A stretch of 13,766 nucleotides of DNA from a virus. Taxonomy: Duplodnaviria > Heunggongvirae > Uroviricota > Caudoviricetes. The notes under the pieces are model-generated. The model did no database searches and was not told the origin of the DNA. It was given only the letters and a program-made list of their open reading frames with translations. The position numbers and the translations under genes were made by a program. Shown piece by piece: positions 6,473-13,553 of the stretch (its first letter is position 1; each line of letters opens with the position of its first letter). The stretch lies in the IMG/VR virus record IMGVR_UViG_2585427710_000002, positions 1-13,766 of that record; one strand, given 5' to 3'.

Positions 6473-6513
6473 GGCTCTTTAACATTGATGGACTCTCAAC
6501 CTAACCGTTGAGA
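6473..6513 (+). promoter_or_regulatory. nutL-like site (boxA plus boxB hairpin)
   Basis: GGCTCTTTAACATTG (boxA consensus GCTCTTTAACA, identical 14-mer to the nutR copy) followed by hairpin TCTCAAC-ctaacc-GTTGAGA, about 110 nt upstream of N. Confidence 0.55.
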
Positions 6514-6623
6514 CCAAAATCTAAGTGGTTTTGGGGATGACGAGAATTTCAGTTGCAAGGCCGCGATCGAGAAGAAAAACACCTCGACGCGTCATACACC
6601 AAAGCCACTTAAAGGAGACCATC

Positions 6624-6962
6624 ATGGTAACCGTAATCTGGAAAGAATCCAAAGGTACGGCAAAAAGCCGCTATAAAGCTCGCAGGGAAGAACTTATTGC
6701 AGAGCGGCGCAGTAGTGAAAGACTGACACGGAAGATTGCGCTAAAGATCTCTGGTTGCGTCAGAGCAGACAAAGCAGTATCACTCAGCAGCCTTCGCAAC
6801 AAGAAGGCAGAAGAAGTCGAGCGAAAAAACAGAAGTACTTATTACAAGGATTCAAACCCATTAGGAAACAAAATACATGCAGTTCAAAAAATAAAATTGT
6901 ACAGTAAACCACCGTATGGACTTATTGAGTATGCTTATGGTGAAAAAGACTATTTATGTTAA
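6624..6962 (+). CDS. N: N-family transcription antitermination protein
   Basis: Track ORF 6525..6962 trimmed to ATG 6624 (AAGGAG, 6 nt spacer); 112 aa with an N-terminal arginine-rich motif (KSRYKARREELIAERRSSER) and a C-terminal ERKNRSTYYK...QKIK segment resembling recalled lambda N (ERKNQRTWYSKP...QKIK); first gene after pL/nutL. Confidence 0.7.
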   Translation: MVTVIWKESKGTAKSRYKARREELIAERRSSERLTRKIALKISGCVRADKAVSLSSLRNKKAEEVERKNRSTYYKDSNPLGNKIHAVQKIKLYSKPPYGLIEYAYGEKDYLC

Positions 6963-7269
6963 TCCTAATCGCGGACAAAACAGAAAAGTATCTGACAGAA
7001 GCCTTACATCTCGAGACAGAAGGAGGATAGCGAGATGGGAAAAGAGAATAGCATATGCATTAGAAAACGGTATAACACCTGGATTTAATGCTATAGATGA
7101 CGGTCCGGAATATAAGATTAATGAAGACCCAATGAACAAAGTTGACAAAGCATTAGCAACACCATTTCCTCGAGATGTTGAAAAAATTAAAGATGAAAAA
7201 TATGAGGATATAATGCACAGAGTTGTTAACCACGCACACCAACGAAATCCAAATAAAAAATGGTCATAA
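6916..7269 (+). CDS. doubtful ORF, hypothetical basic protein (111 to 117 aa)
   Basis: Longest plus-strand ORF in the AT-rich segment; candidate ATGs at 6916, 6931 and 6937 all lack a Shine-Dalgarno and overlap the N 3-prime end; contains a rare-codon cluster AGA AGG AGG ATA GCG AGA; no family recognised. Confidence 0.35.
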   Translation: MDLLSMLMVKKTIYVNPNRGQNRKVSDRSLTSRDRRRIARWEKRIAYALENGITPGFNAIDDGPEYKINEDPMNKVDKALATPFPRDVEKIKDEKYEDIMHRVVNHAHQRNPNKKWS

Positions 7270-7400
7270 CCCACTTCGATAGATTTTATTGTTTGGACTA
7301 ACAAAAATTACTACCGCAAGCCACGCAGTGAAACGGGTGTGACTTGTGTTGGTCGCCAGAAAATGAAATTAGGCAGCAAACCACTTATTTGAGGTGAGAT

Positions 7401-7871
7401 ATGACAAAATCATGGAGCGTACCTTTTCCTGAATCAGAAACTGAACATGATGGAATGCCTGTTTTCTGGAGATTCCAGGCGACAGTTGAAGAAGATGGGA
7501 TAAAAATATTCGCACTTCAATATATAGCTTTTCATCAGACAGAGCATTATGCATGGTTGGTTCCTGCGCATTGGATTGTTAATTTTAAACCAGCACCAAA
7601 TCAGTGGTTACAGGAATGGAAACAAAGGAGAAATAGATATGCAATTAAGAAAGTAGCAAAAAATGCAGAAAGATCTTTTGCATTCCCAACGAAGAAACTT
7701 GCCATTGAAAGTTTATTGCGCCGGAAGAAATACCATTTAATGAGAATCAAACAAGATTTGGCTGTTGTATCAACTCTTGTTGATGGTATGAAGAATATTG
7801 ATACATCAACACCAGATATTGAATATAACTTTGGACACAACCAAGAAACAGAAAATTGGGTATTTTATTAG
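7401..7871 (+). CDS. hypothetical protein (156 aa), AT-rich accessory gene
   Basis: ATG 7401 preceded by GAGGTGAG; Trp/Lys-rich product MTKSWSVPFPESETEHDGMPVFWRFQATVEEDG...; followed by a long hairpin and an intrinsic terminator; no family recognised. Confidence 0.6.
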   Translation: MTKSWSVPFPESETEHDGMPVFWRFQATVEEDGIKIFALQYIAFHQTEHYAWLVPAHWIVNFKPAPNQWLQEWKQRRNRYAIKKVAKNAERSFAFPTKKLAIESLLRRKKYHLMRIKQDLAVVSTLVDGMKNIDTSTPDIEYNFGHNQETENWVFY

Positions 7872-7975
7872 TACGAATAAGCACTGTGTATTCATTCCAA
7901 CGAGTGAATACACGGAGCAATATCGCTCGTAACTAAACAGGAGCCGACTTGTTCTGATTATTGGAAATCTTCTTT

Positions 7976-8002
7976 GCCCTCCAATGTGAGGGCGATTTTT
8001 TA
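7976..8002 (+). terminator. intrinsic terminator after the AT-rich cassette
   Basis: Stem GCCCTC, loop CAATGT, stem GAGGGC, followed by GATTTTTTAT. Confidence 0.6.
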
Positions 8003-8021
8003 TCTGTGAGGATATGAACAG

Positions 8022-8390
8022 ATGTCAAACATCAAAAAATACATCATTGATTACGACTGGAAAGCATCAATAGAAATTGAAATCGACCATGACGTAATGA
8101 CAGAGGAAAAACTTCACCAGATTAATAATTTCTGGTCAGACTCTGAATACCGACTCAATAAACACGGCTCTGTATTAAATGCTGTATTAATCATGCTGGC
8201 GCAACATGCTCTGCTTATAGCAATTTCAAGCGACTTAAATGCATATGGTGTTGTGTGTGAGTTCGACTGGAATGATGGAAATGGTCAGGAAGGATGGCCT
8301 CCAATGGATGGTAGCGAAGGAATAAGAATTACCGATATCGATACATCAGGAATATTTGATTCAGATGATATGACTATCAAGGCCGCCTGA
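8022..8390 (+). CDS. ea10: Ea10-like early protein (122 aa)
   Basis: 122-aa ORF immediately upstream of cIII, the position and length of lambda ea10; GAGGA upstream; the neighbouring cIII/kil/gam/bet/exo are lambda-type; sequence identity to Ea10 could not be verified from memory. Confidence 0.55.
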   Translation: MSNIKKYIIDYDWKASIEIEIDHDVMTEEKLHQINNFWSDSEYRLNKHGSVLNAVLIMLAQHALLIAISSDLNAYGVVCEFDWNDGNGQEGWPPMDGSEGIRITDIDTSGIFDSDDMTIKAA

Positions 8391-8462
8391 GTGCGGCTTT
8401 ACCGCATACCAATAACGCTTCACTCGAGGCGTTTTTCGTTATGTATAAATAAGGAGCACATC

Positions 8463-8627
8463 ATGCAATATGCCATTGCAGGGTGGCCTGTTGCTGGCTG
8501 CCCTTCCGAATCTTTACTTGAACGAATCACCCGTAAATTACGTGACGGATGGAAACGCCTTATCGACATACTTAATCAGCCAGGAGTCCCAAAGAATGGA
8601 TCAAACACTTATGGCTATCCAGACTAA
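8463..8627 (+). CDS. cIII: CIII protein (FtsH inhibitor, stabilises CII)
   Basis: Track ORF 8391..8627 trimmed to ATG 8463 (TAAGGAG upstream); 54 aa [54 protein letters not shown], matching recalled lambda CIII. Confidence 0.85.
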   Translation: MQYAIAGWPVAGCPSESLLERITRKLRDGWKRLIDILNQPGVPKNGSNTYGYPD

Positions 8628-8739
8628 ATTCACTATCGCCACTTTTATTGGCGATGAAAAGATGTTTCGTGAAGCCGTCGACGCTTATAAAAAATGGATA
8701 TTAATACTGAAACTGAGATCAAGCAAAAGCATTCACTAA
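8596..8739 (+). CDS. kil: Kil protein (host killing / FtsZ inhibitor)
   Basis: Track ORF 8470..8739 trimmed to ATG 8596 (CAGGAG upstream); 47 aa [47 protein letters not shown], matching recalled lambda Kil; overlaps the cIII 3-prime end out of frame. Confidence 0.8.
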   Translation: MDQTLMAIQTKFTIATFIGDEKMFREAVDAYKKWILILKLRSSKSIH

Positions 8740-8814
8740 CTCCCTTTCCTGTTTTCCTAATCAGCCCGGCATTTCGCGGGCGATATTTTCACAGCCATTT
8801 TCAGGAGTTCAGCC

Positions 8815-9111
8815 ATGAACGCTTATTACATTCAGGATCGTCTTGAGGCTCAGAGCTGGGCGCGTCACTACCAGCAGATCGCCCGTGAAGAGAAAGAGGC
8901 AGAACTGGCAGACGACATGGAAAAAGGCCTGCCCCAGCACCTGTTTGAATCGCTATGCATCGATCATTTGCAACGCCACGGGGCCAGCAAAAAAGCCATT
9001 ACCCGTGCGTTTGATGACGATGTTGAGTTTCAGGAGCGCATGGCAGAACACATCCGGTACATGGTTGAAACCATTGCTCACCACCAGGTTGATATTGATT
9101 CAGAGGTATAA
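8815..9111 (+). CDS. gam: Gam (RecBCD inhibitor), short form
   Basis: 98 aa [42 protein letters not shown]..., matching recalled lambda GamS; CAGGAG 8 nt upstream. Confidence 0.9.
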   Translation: MNAYYIQDRLEAQSWARHYQQIAREEKEAELADDMEKGLPQHLFESLCIDHLQRHGASKKAITRAFDDDVEFQERMAEHIRYMVETIAHHQVDIDSEV

Positions 9112-9116
9112 AACGG

Positions 9117-9902
9117 ATGAGTACAGCACTCGCAACGCTGGCTGGGAAGCTGGCTGAACGTGTCGGCATGGATTCTGTCGACCCACAGGAACTGATCACC
9201 ACTCTTCGCCAGACGGCATTTAAAGGTGATGCCAGCGATGCGCAGTTCATCGCATTGTTGATCGTCGCCAACCAGTACGGCCTTAATCCGTGGACGAAAG
9301 AAATTTACGCCTTCCCTGATAAGCAGAACGGCATCGTTCCGGTGGTGGGCGTTGATGGCTGGTCCCGCATCATCAATGAAAACCAGCAGTTTGATGGCAT
9401 GGACTTTGAGCAGGACAATGAATCATGTACATGCCGGATTTACCGCAAGGACCGTAATCATCCGATCTGCGTTACCGAGTGGATGGATGAATGCCGCCGC
9501 GAACCATTCAAAACCCGCGAAGGCAGAGAAATCACCGGACCGTGGCAGTCGCATCCCAAACGGATGTTACGTCATAAAGCCATGATTCAGTGTGCCCGTC
9601 TGGCCTTCGGATTTGCTGGTATCTATGACAAGGATGAAGCCGAGCGCATTGTCGAAAATACCGCATACACTGCAGAACGTCAGCCGGAACGCGACATCAC
9701 TCCGGTTAACGATGAAACCATGCAGGAGATTAACACTCTGCTGATTGCCCTGGACAAAACATGGGATGACGACTTATTGCCGCTCTGTTCCCAGATATTT
9801 CGCCGCGACATTCGCGCATCGTCAGAACTGACACAGGCCGAAGCAGTGAAAGCTCTTGGATTCCTGAAACAAAAAGCCTCTGAACAGAAGGTGGCTGCAT
9901 GA
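9117..9902 (+). CDS. bet: Bet single-strand annealing protein (RecT family)
   Basis: 261 aa [59 protein letters not shown]..., matching recalled lambda Bet in length and sequence. Confidence 0.95.
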   Translation: MSTALATLAGKLAERVGMDSVDPQELITTLRQTAFKGDASDAQFIALLIVANQYGLNPWTKEIYAFPDKQNGIVPVVGVDGWSRIINENQQFDGMDFEQDNESCTCRIYRKDRNHPICVTEWMDECRREPFKTREGREITGPWQSHPKRMLRHKAMIQCARLAFGFAGIYDKDEAERIVENTAYTAERQPERDITPVNDETMQEINTLLIALDKTWDDDLLPLCSQIFRRDIRASSELTQAEAVKALGFLKQKASEQKVAA

Positions 9903-10579
9903 CACCGGACATTATCCTGCAGCGTACCGGGATCGACGTGAGAGCTGTCGAACAGGGGGATGATGCGTGGCACAAATTACGGCTCGGCGTCATCACCGCT
10001 TCAGAAGTTCACAACGTGATAGCAAAACCCCGCTCAGGAAAAAAGTGGCCTGACATGAAAATGTCCTACTTCCACACCCTGCTGGCTGAGGTTTGCACCG
10101 GTGCGGCTCCGGAAGTTAACGCTAAGGCGCTGGCCTGGGGAAAACAGTACGAGAACGACGCCAGAACCCTCTTTGAGTTCACTTCCGGCGTTAATGTTAC
10201 TGAATCCCCGATCATCTATCGCGACGAAAGTATGCGCACCGCCTGCTCTCCCGATGGTTTATGCAGTGACGGCAACGGCCTTGAATTGAAATGCCCGTTT
10301 ACCTCCCGGGATTTCATGAAATTCCGGCTCGGTGGTTTCGAGGCCATAAAGTCGGCTTACATGGCCCAGGTGCAGTACAGCATGTGGGTGACGCGAAAAG
10401 ATGCCTGGTACTTTGCCAACTATGACCCACGAATGAAGCGTGAAGGCCTGCATTATGTCGTGGTTGAGCGGGATGAAAATTACATGGCGAGTTTTGACGA
10501 GATGGTGCCGGAGTTCATCGAAAAAATGGACGAGGCACTGGCTGAAATTGGTTTTGTATTTGGGGAGCAATGGCGATGA
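9899..10579 (+). CDS. exo: lambda-type 5-prime to 3-prime exonuclease (Exo)
   Basis: 226 aa [65 protein letters not shown]..., matching recalled lambda Exo; start overlaps the bet stop. Confidence 0.95.
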   Translation: MTPDIILQRTGIDVRAVEQGDDAWHKLRLGVITASEVHNVIAKPRSGKKWPDMKMSYFHTLLAEVCTGAAPEVNAKALAWGKQYENDARTLFEFTSGVNVTESPIIYRDESMRTACSPDGLCSDGNGLELKCPFTSRDFMKFRLGGFEAIKSAYMAQVQYSMWVTRKDAWYFANYDPRMKREGLHYVVVERDENYMASFDEMVPEFIEKMDEALAEIGFVFGEQWR

Positions 10580-10758
10580 AGCATCCTCACGATAATATCC
10601 GCGTAGGCACGATCACTTTCGTCTACTCCGTTACAAAGCGAGGCTGGGTATTTCCCGGCCTTTCTGTTATCCAAAATCCACTGAAAGCCCAGCGGCTGGC
10701 TGAGGAGATAAATAATAAACGAGGGGCTGTATGCACAAAGCATCTCCTGTTGAGTTAA
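10576..10758 (+). CDS. orf60a: orf60a-like small protein
   Basis: ATG 10576 overlaps the exo stop (ATGA); 60 aa [60 protein letters not shown]; position and length match lambda orf60a. Confidence 0.65.
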   Translation: MKHPHDNIRVGTITFVYSVTKRGWVFPGLSVIQNPLKAQRLAEEINNKRGAVCTKHLLLS

Positions 10759-10922
10759 GAACGAGCATTGAGATGGCACATAGCCTTGCTCAAATTGGAG
10801 TCAGGTTTGTGCCAATACCAGTAGAAACAGACGAAGAATTTCATACGTTAGCCGCATCCCTTTCACAAAAGCTGGAAATGATGGTGGCGAAAGCAGAAGC
10901 AGATGAGAGAGACCAGGTATGA
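10731..10922 (+). CDS. orf63: orf63-like small protein
   Basis: 63 aa [63 protein letters not shown]; position and length match lambda orf63; overlaps the orf60a 3-prime end out of frame. Confidence 0.65.
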   Translation: MHKASPVELRTSIEMAHSLAQIGVRFVPIPVETDEEFHTLAASLSQKLEMMVAKAEADERDQV

Positions 10923-10998
10923 CAACCACTGAATGCATTCTTCTGGCAGCGGGCTTTATATTCTGTGTGCTTATGCTTGCCGACATGGGACTTGTTCA

Positions 10999-11214
10999 AT
11001 GACACCTCAGCAGGAAAACGCCCTTCGCAGCATTGCCCGTCAGGCTAATTCTGAAATCAAAAAAGCCAGACAGCAGTTTCCGGATAAAAACGTCGATGAC
11101 ATTTGCCGTAGCGTACTGAAGAAGCACCGCGAAACGGTAACGCTGATGGGATTCACACCGACTCACTTAAGTCTGGCAATCGGTATGTTAAACGGCGTCT
11201 TTAAGGAACGGTGA
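10999..11214 (+). CDS. orf61-like small protein (71 aa)
   Basis: Track ORF 10933..11214 trimmed to ATG 10999 (MTPQQENALRSIARQANSEIKKARQQFPDKN...); occupies the lambda orf61 position but is 10 aa longer than the 61 aa I recall. Confidence 0.55.
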   Translation: MTPQQENALRSIARQANSEIKKARQQFPDKNVDDICRSVLKKHRETVTLMGFTPTHLSLAIGMLNGVFKER

Positions 11215-11236
11215 ACATGAAAAGCAAAATCATCAG

Positions 11237-11260
11237 GGAGCTACAGGCTCCTTTTTTATT
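11237..11260 (+). terminator. intrinsic terminator within the leftward operon
   Basis: Stem GGAGC, loop TACAG, stem GCTCC, followed by TTTTTTATTATT. Confidence 0.55.
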
Positions 11261-11312
11261 ATTCGCATTCACCCTCAAGCGTATTAACCAACAATTCAGG
11301 GATTAATGAAAG

Positions 11313-11534
11313 ATGGCAGATATCATTGATTCAGCATCAGAAATTGAAGAATTACAGCGCAACACAGCAATAAAAATGCGTCGCCTGAACTACCAGACTG
11401 TATCCGCAACTCATTGTTGTGAGTGTGGCGATCCGATAGATGAACGGCGACGCCTGGCTGTTCGTGGATGCAGAGCTTGCGCCAGTTGCCAGCAGGATAT
11501 TGAACTTATCAACAAACAGAGAGGTGTGAAGTGA
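11313..11534 (+). CDS. TraR/DksA-family C4 zinc-finger protein
   Basis: 73 aa with C-x2-C ... C-x2-C arrangement (HCCECGDPIDERRRLAVRGCRACASCQ) typical of phage TraR/DksA-like zinc fingers. Confidence 0.7.
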   Translation: MADIIDSASEIEELQRNTAIKMRRLNYQTVSATHCCECGDPIDERRRLAVRGCRACASCQQDIELINKQRGVK

Positions 11535-11815
11535 ACATCAACACCACGATAACGATCGATACAGCCCTGAACACCGGCCTAGCGCTCCTTGGTTATTTCT
11601 ACATCATGTTCTGCAGCGGACGATGGCTGTCACTGTTGTTCATGAAAAAATGGAATAAACGCCGTAAGCAGGAGCAACGCCAAAAGGCAATAGATGCATT
11701 TTTCGAAGCCTTCGGTATTGACGGCATGGAACCAGGGGATCCAGCTCGCGCAATTAGCAGAGGGGGCGTAGTAATCCTTGTATACCGGAGTGAAGAGAAA
11801 AATGAGCAAGATTGA
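11531..11815 (+). CDS. hypothetical membrane-associated protein (94 aa from GTG)
   Basis: GTG start overlapping the upstream stop (GTGA); predicted N-terminal hydrophobic helix (LALLGYFYIMFCSGRWLSLLF) followed by a basic stretch (KKWNKRRKQEQRQK); the next gene starts 14 nt before its stop. Confidence 0.45.
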   Translation: MNINTTITIDTALNTGLALLGYFYIMFCSGRWLSLLFMKKWNKRRKQEQRQKAIDAFFEAFGIDGMEPGDPARAISRGGVVILVYRSEEKNEQD

Positions 11816-12572
11816 CTATCAGGCACTGCGTGAAAAGGCAGAGAAAGCAACTAAAGGAAGCTACATCGTAGGGCATACATCTGTTAACCAGCACGGCAAT
11901 TTAACAGGAGTTTTTGTTTGCCAAAAATGGAAAGGAGAACCCGGTGGCGTGATTGCGGAATGTCATGTTAACTGCCTGATTGAATCAGATGCTCATGCTT
12001 ATGCAAACGCTGAATTCATAGCAGAGGCTAACCCGGCTACCGTGCTGGCACTGCTGGATGAACAGGAAAGAAACCAGCAATACATCAAACGCCGCGACCA
12101 GGAGAACGAGGATATTGCGCTAACGGTAGGGAAGCTGCGCGTTGAGCTTGAGGCAGCAGAGAACAACCTTATTGATAGTGAATGCCATGTTGCTGAACTG
12201 GAAGAAGCTCTACGCGATAAGCAGGCGTTACTTGAAGCCTCAGAAAAGCGCAACGCAAAATTACAAAGCGAGAATGCATACATCCGCAACCGGTACAAAG
12301 AACTGGACCTGTTAATCGGGAAAAACATTCTGGTCATGCAGGCTGCCATTATCGAATGGCAATCGACTGGCGACGCTAAAAGCGGACTGGCATGGATTTA
12401 TAACACACTGTTTGGCCCAGGCGAATTGCCGGACGAATCTGAGCAAGATGCTCAGGCCTACTTTAATCGCAAATATGCACCGATTGACGAAAAGCTTATG
12501 GCGCTTCACAAGTGGTTTTGGGAACAAAGTGAAGCCGAGCGCGCCGCTGGCATTCGCATCAAAGGAGAGTGA
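11802..12572 (+). CDS. Ead/Ea22-like protein with central coiled-coil
   Basis: Track ORF 11778..12572 trimmed to ATG 11802; N-terminus MSKIDYQALREKAEKATKGSYIVGHT... and a heptad-like central region (LRVELEAAENNLIDSECHVAELEEALRDKQALLEASEKRNAKLQSE) fit my recollection of the Ea22-like family. Confidence 0.65.
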   Translation: MSKIDYQALREKAEKATKGSYIVGHTSVNQHGNLTGVFVCQKWKGEPGGVIAECHVNCLIESDAHAYANAEFIAEANPATVLALLDEQERNQQYIKRRDQENEDIALTVGKLRVELEAAENNLIDSECHVAELEEALRDKQALLEASEKRNAKLQSENAYIRNRYKELDLLIGKNILVMQAAIIEWQSTGDAKSGLAWIYNTLFGPGELPDESEQDAQAYFNRKYAPIDEKLMALHKWFWEQSEAERAAGIRIKGE

Positions 12573-12573
12573 G

Positions 12574-12765
12574 ATGAACGGACAAATCTCAATTGTTCGA
12601 CCGGGAGCATGTGGCGATTGCGAAATACGAATGATTATTCGTCTGGCGATGGGGAAAACAATAACTGCTCTCATTACTCCAGAAAATCTCGCATTAGCAT
12701 TAACAGGAAAGTCAGACATGCCAGTAGAGCTAAAGCTGCGAAATGTTGAGATTAAGGTGAAATAG
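12574..12765 (+). CDS. hypothetical small protein (63 aa)
   Basis: Track ORF 12412..12765 trimmed to ATG 12574, preceded by AAAGGAGAG and 2 nt after the upstream stop; MNGQISIVRPGACGDCEIRMIIRLAMGK... Confidence 0.5.
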   Translation: MNGQISIVRPGACGDCEIRMIIRLAMGKTITALITPENLALALTGKSDMPVELKLRNVEIKVK

Positions 12766-12767
12766 CT

Positions 12768-13370
12768 ATGACCACTATTACCAAAGATCGACTGCTGACA
12801 ATCCAGCATTGGCGCGAAACATACGGACCGGGTAGCAACGTTGTGCTTCCAGCAGAAGAAGCGGAAGAGCTGGCACGGATTGCGCTGGCATCACTGGCAG
12901 CAGTATCGGATGAACGAGCAGCCTATGAATTATTTATGGAGAAGCGTTTCGGAGAATCTGTAGATCGCCGCAGAGCAAAAAATGGCGATAGAGAATACAT
13001 GGCATGGGATATGGCGCTTGGCTGGATTATCTGGTGTCACCGCGCCGCCATGCTTCAGGCCGGAAACTTTCGGGAAAATAAGAATTCGTCAACCAACAAT
13101 TTTCGGGAAATCTCGGAAACGTCAACCAACTCTCCGGTAACTCCGGATAGTTGGATAAGCTGTAGTGAGCGAATGCCTGAAAAGGGCCAGAACGTGCTTA
13201 TTTCGGTGAATTTCGATAGCTCTCTGGTTGAACCGCTAATATGCTCCGCACGCTATACCGGAAGCACCTTTCGGCGTGGGCAGATAACGGTTGCGCCTGG
13301 TAATGGTATTGAACAGGCCACACACTGGATGCCGCTACCGGAACCGCCGCAGGAGGTTAACCGTGGCTAA
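12768..13370 (+). CDS. DUF551-like domain protein (200 aa)
   Basis: AAGGTGA upstream of ATG 12768; C-terminal region (MPEKGQNVLISV...THWMPLPEPP) resembles the phage DUF551 domain as I recall it; internal tandem 33-bp repeat in the linker. Confidence 0.6.
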   Translation: MTTITKDRLLTIQHWRETYGPGSNVVLPAEEAEELARIALASLAAVSDERAAYELFMEKRFGESVDRRRAKNGDREYMAWDMALGWIIWCHRAAMLQAGNFRENKNSSTNNFREISETSTNSPVTPDSWISCSERMPEKGQNVLISVNFDSSLVEPLICSARYTGSTFRRGQITVAPGNGIEQATHWMPLPEPPQEVNRG

Positions 13371-13518
13371 CCTGCAACTTGCCAGAAGTGGAATACGATT
13401 TGTTCCAATCCCGATTACAGCAGATGCAGAACTTCATCTGTTTGGTGAAATTCTTTCCCGAAAGCTGGATGAACTGGAAAAGCTGGTAGAAGAAGCTGAC
13501 ACCTCACCAACCGTATAA
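13363..13518 (+). CDS. small protein paralogous to orf63 (51 aa from GTG)
   Basis: GTG 13363 preceded by AGGAGG (6 nt spacer); VANLQLARSGIRFVPIPITADAELHLFGEILSRKLDELEKLV... shares the GxRFVPIP motif and following register with the orf63-like product at 10731..10922. Confidence 0.5.
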   Translation: MANLQLARSGIRFVPIPITADAELHLFGEILSRKLDELEKLVEEADTSPTV

Positions 13519-13553
13519 CAGCCCCACCGACATTAAAATATCAGGAGAAAAAA

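Noticed and set aside
6954..7304. 116-aa minus-strand ORF antisense to the AT-rich cassette
   Set aside because: Starts at a TTG with no Shine-Dalgarno and has the Phe/Leu/Ile/Ser-rich composition expected of a shadow frame in AT-rich DNA; it opposes the direction of the pL operon.
8999..10570. Track ORFs inside bet and exo (8999..9271, 9352..9585, 9680..9996, 10101..10289, 10259..10570) and 8843..9157 inside gam
   Set aside because: Alternative-frame or antisense ORFs within genes whose products match lambda Gam, Bet and Exo; no independent support.
11217..11306. 29-codon ORF (MKSKIIRELQAPFLLFAFTLKRINQQFRD)
   Set aside because: It is built around the intrinsic terminator hairpin and T-run at 11237..11260, which is the more likely function.
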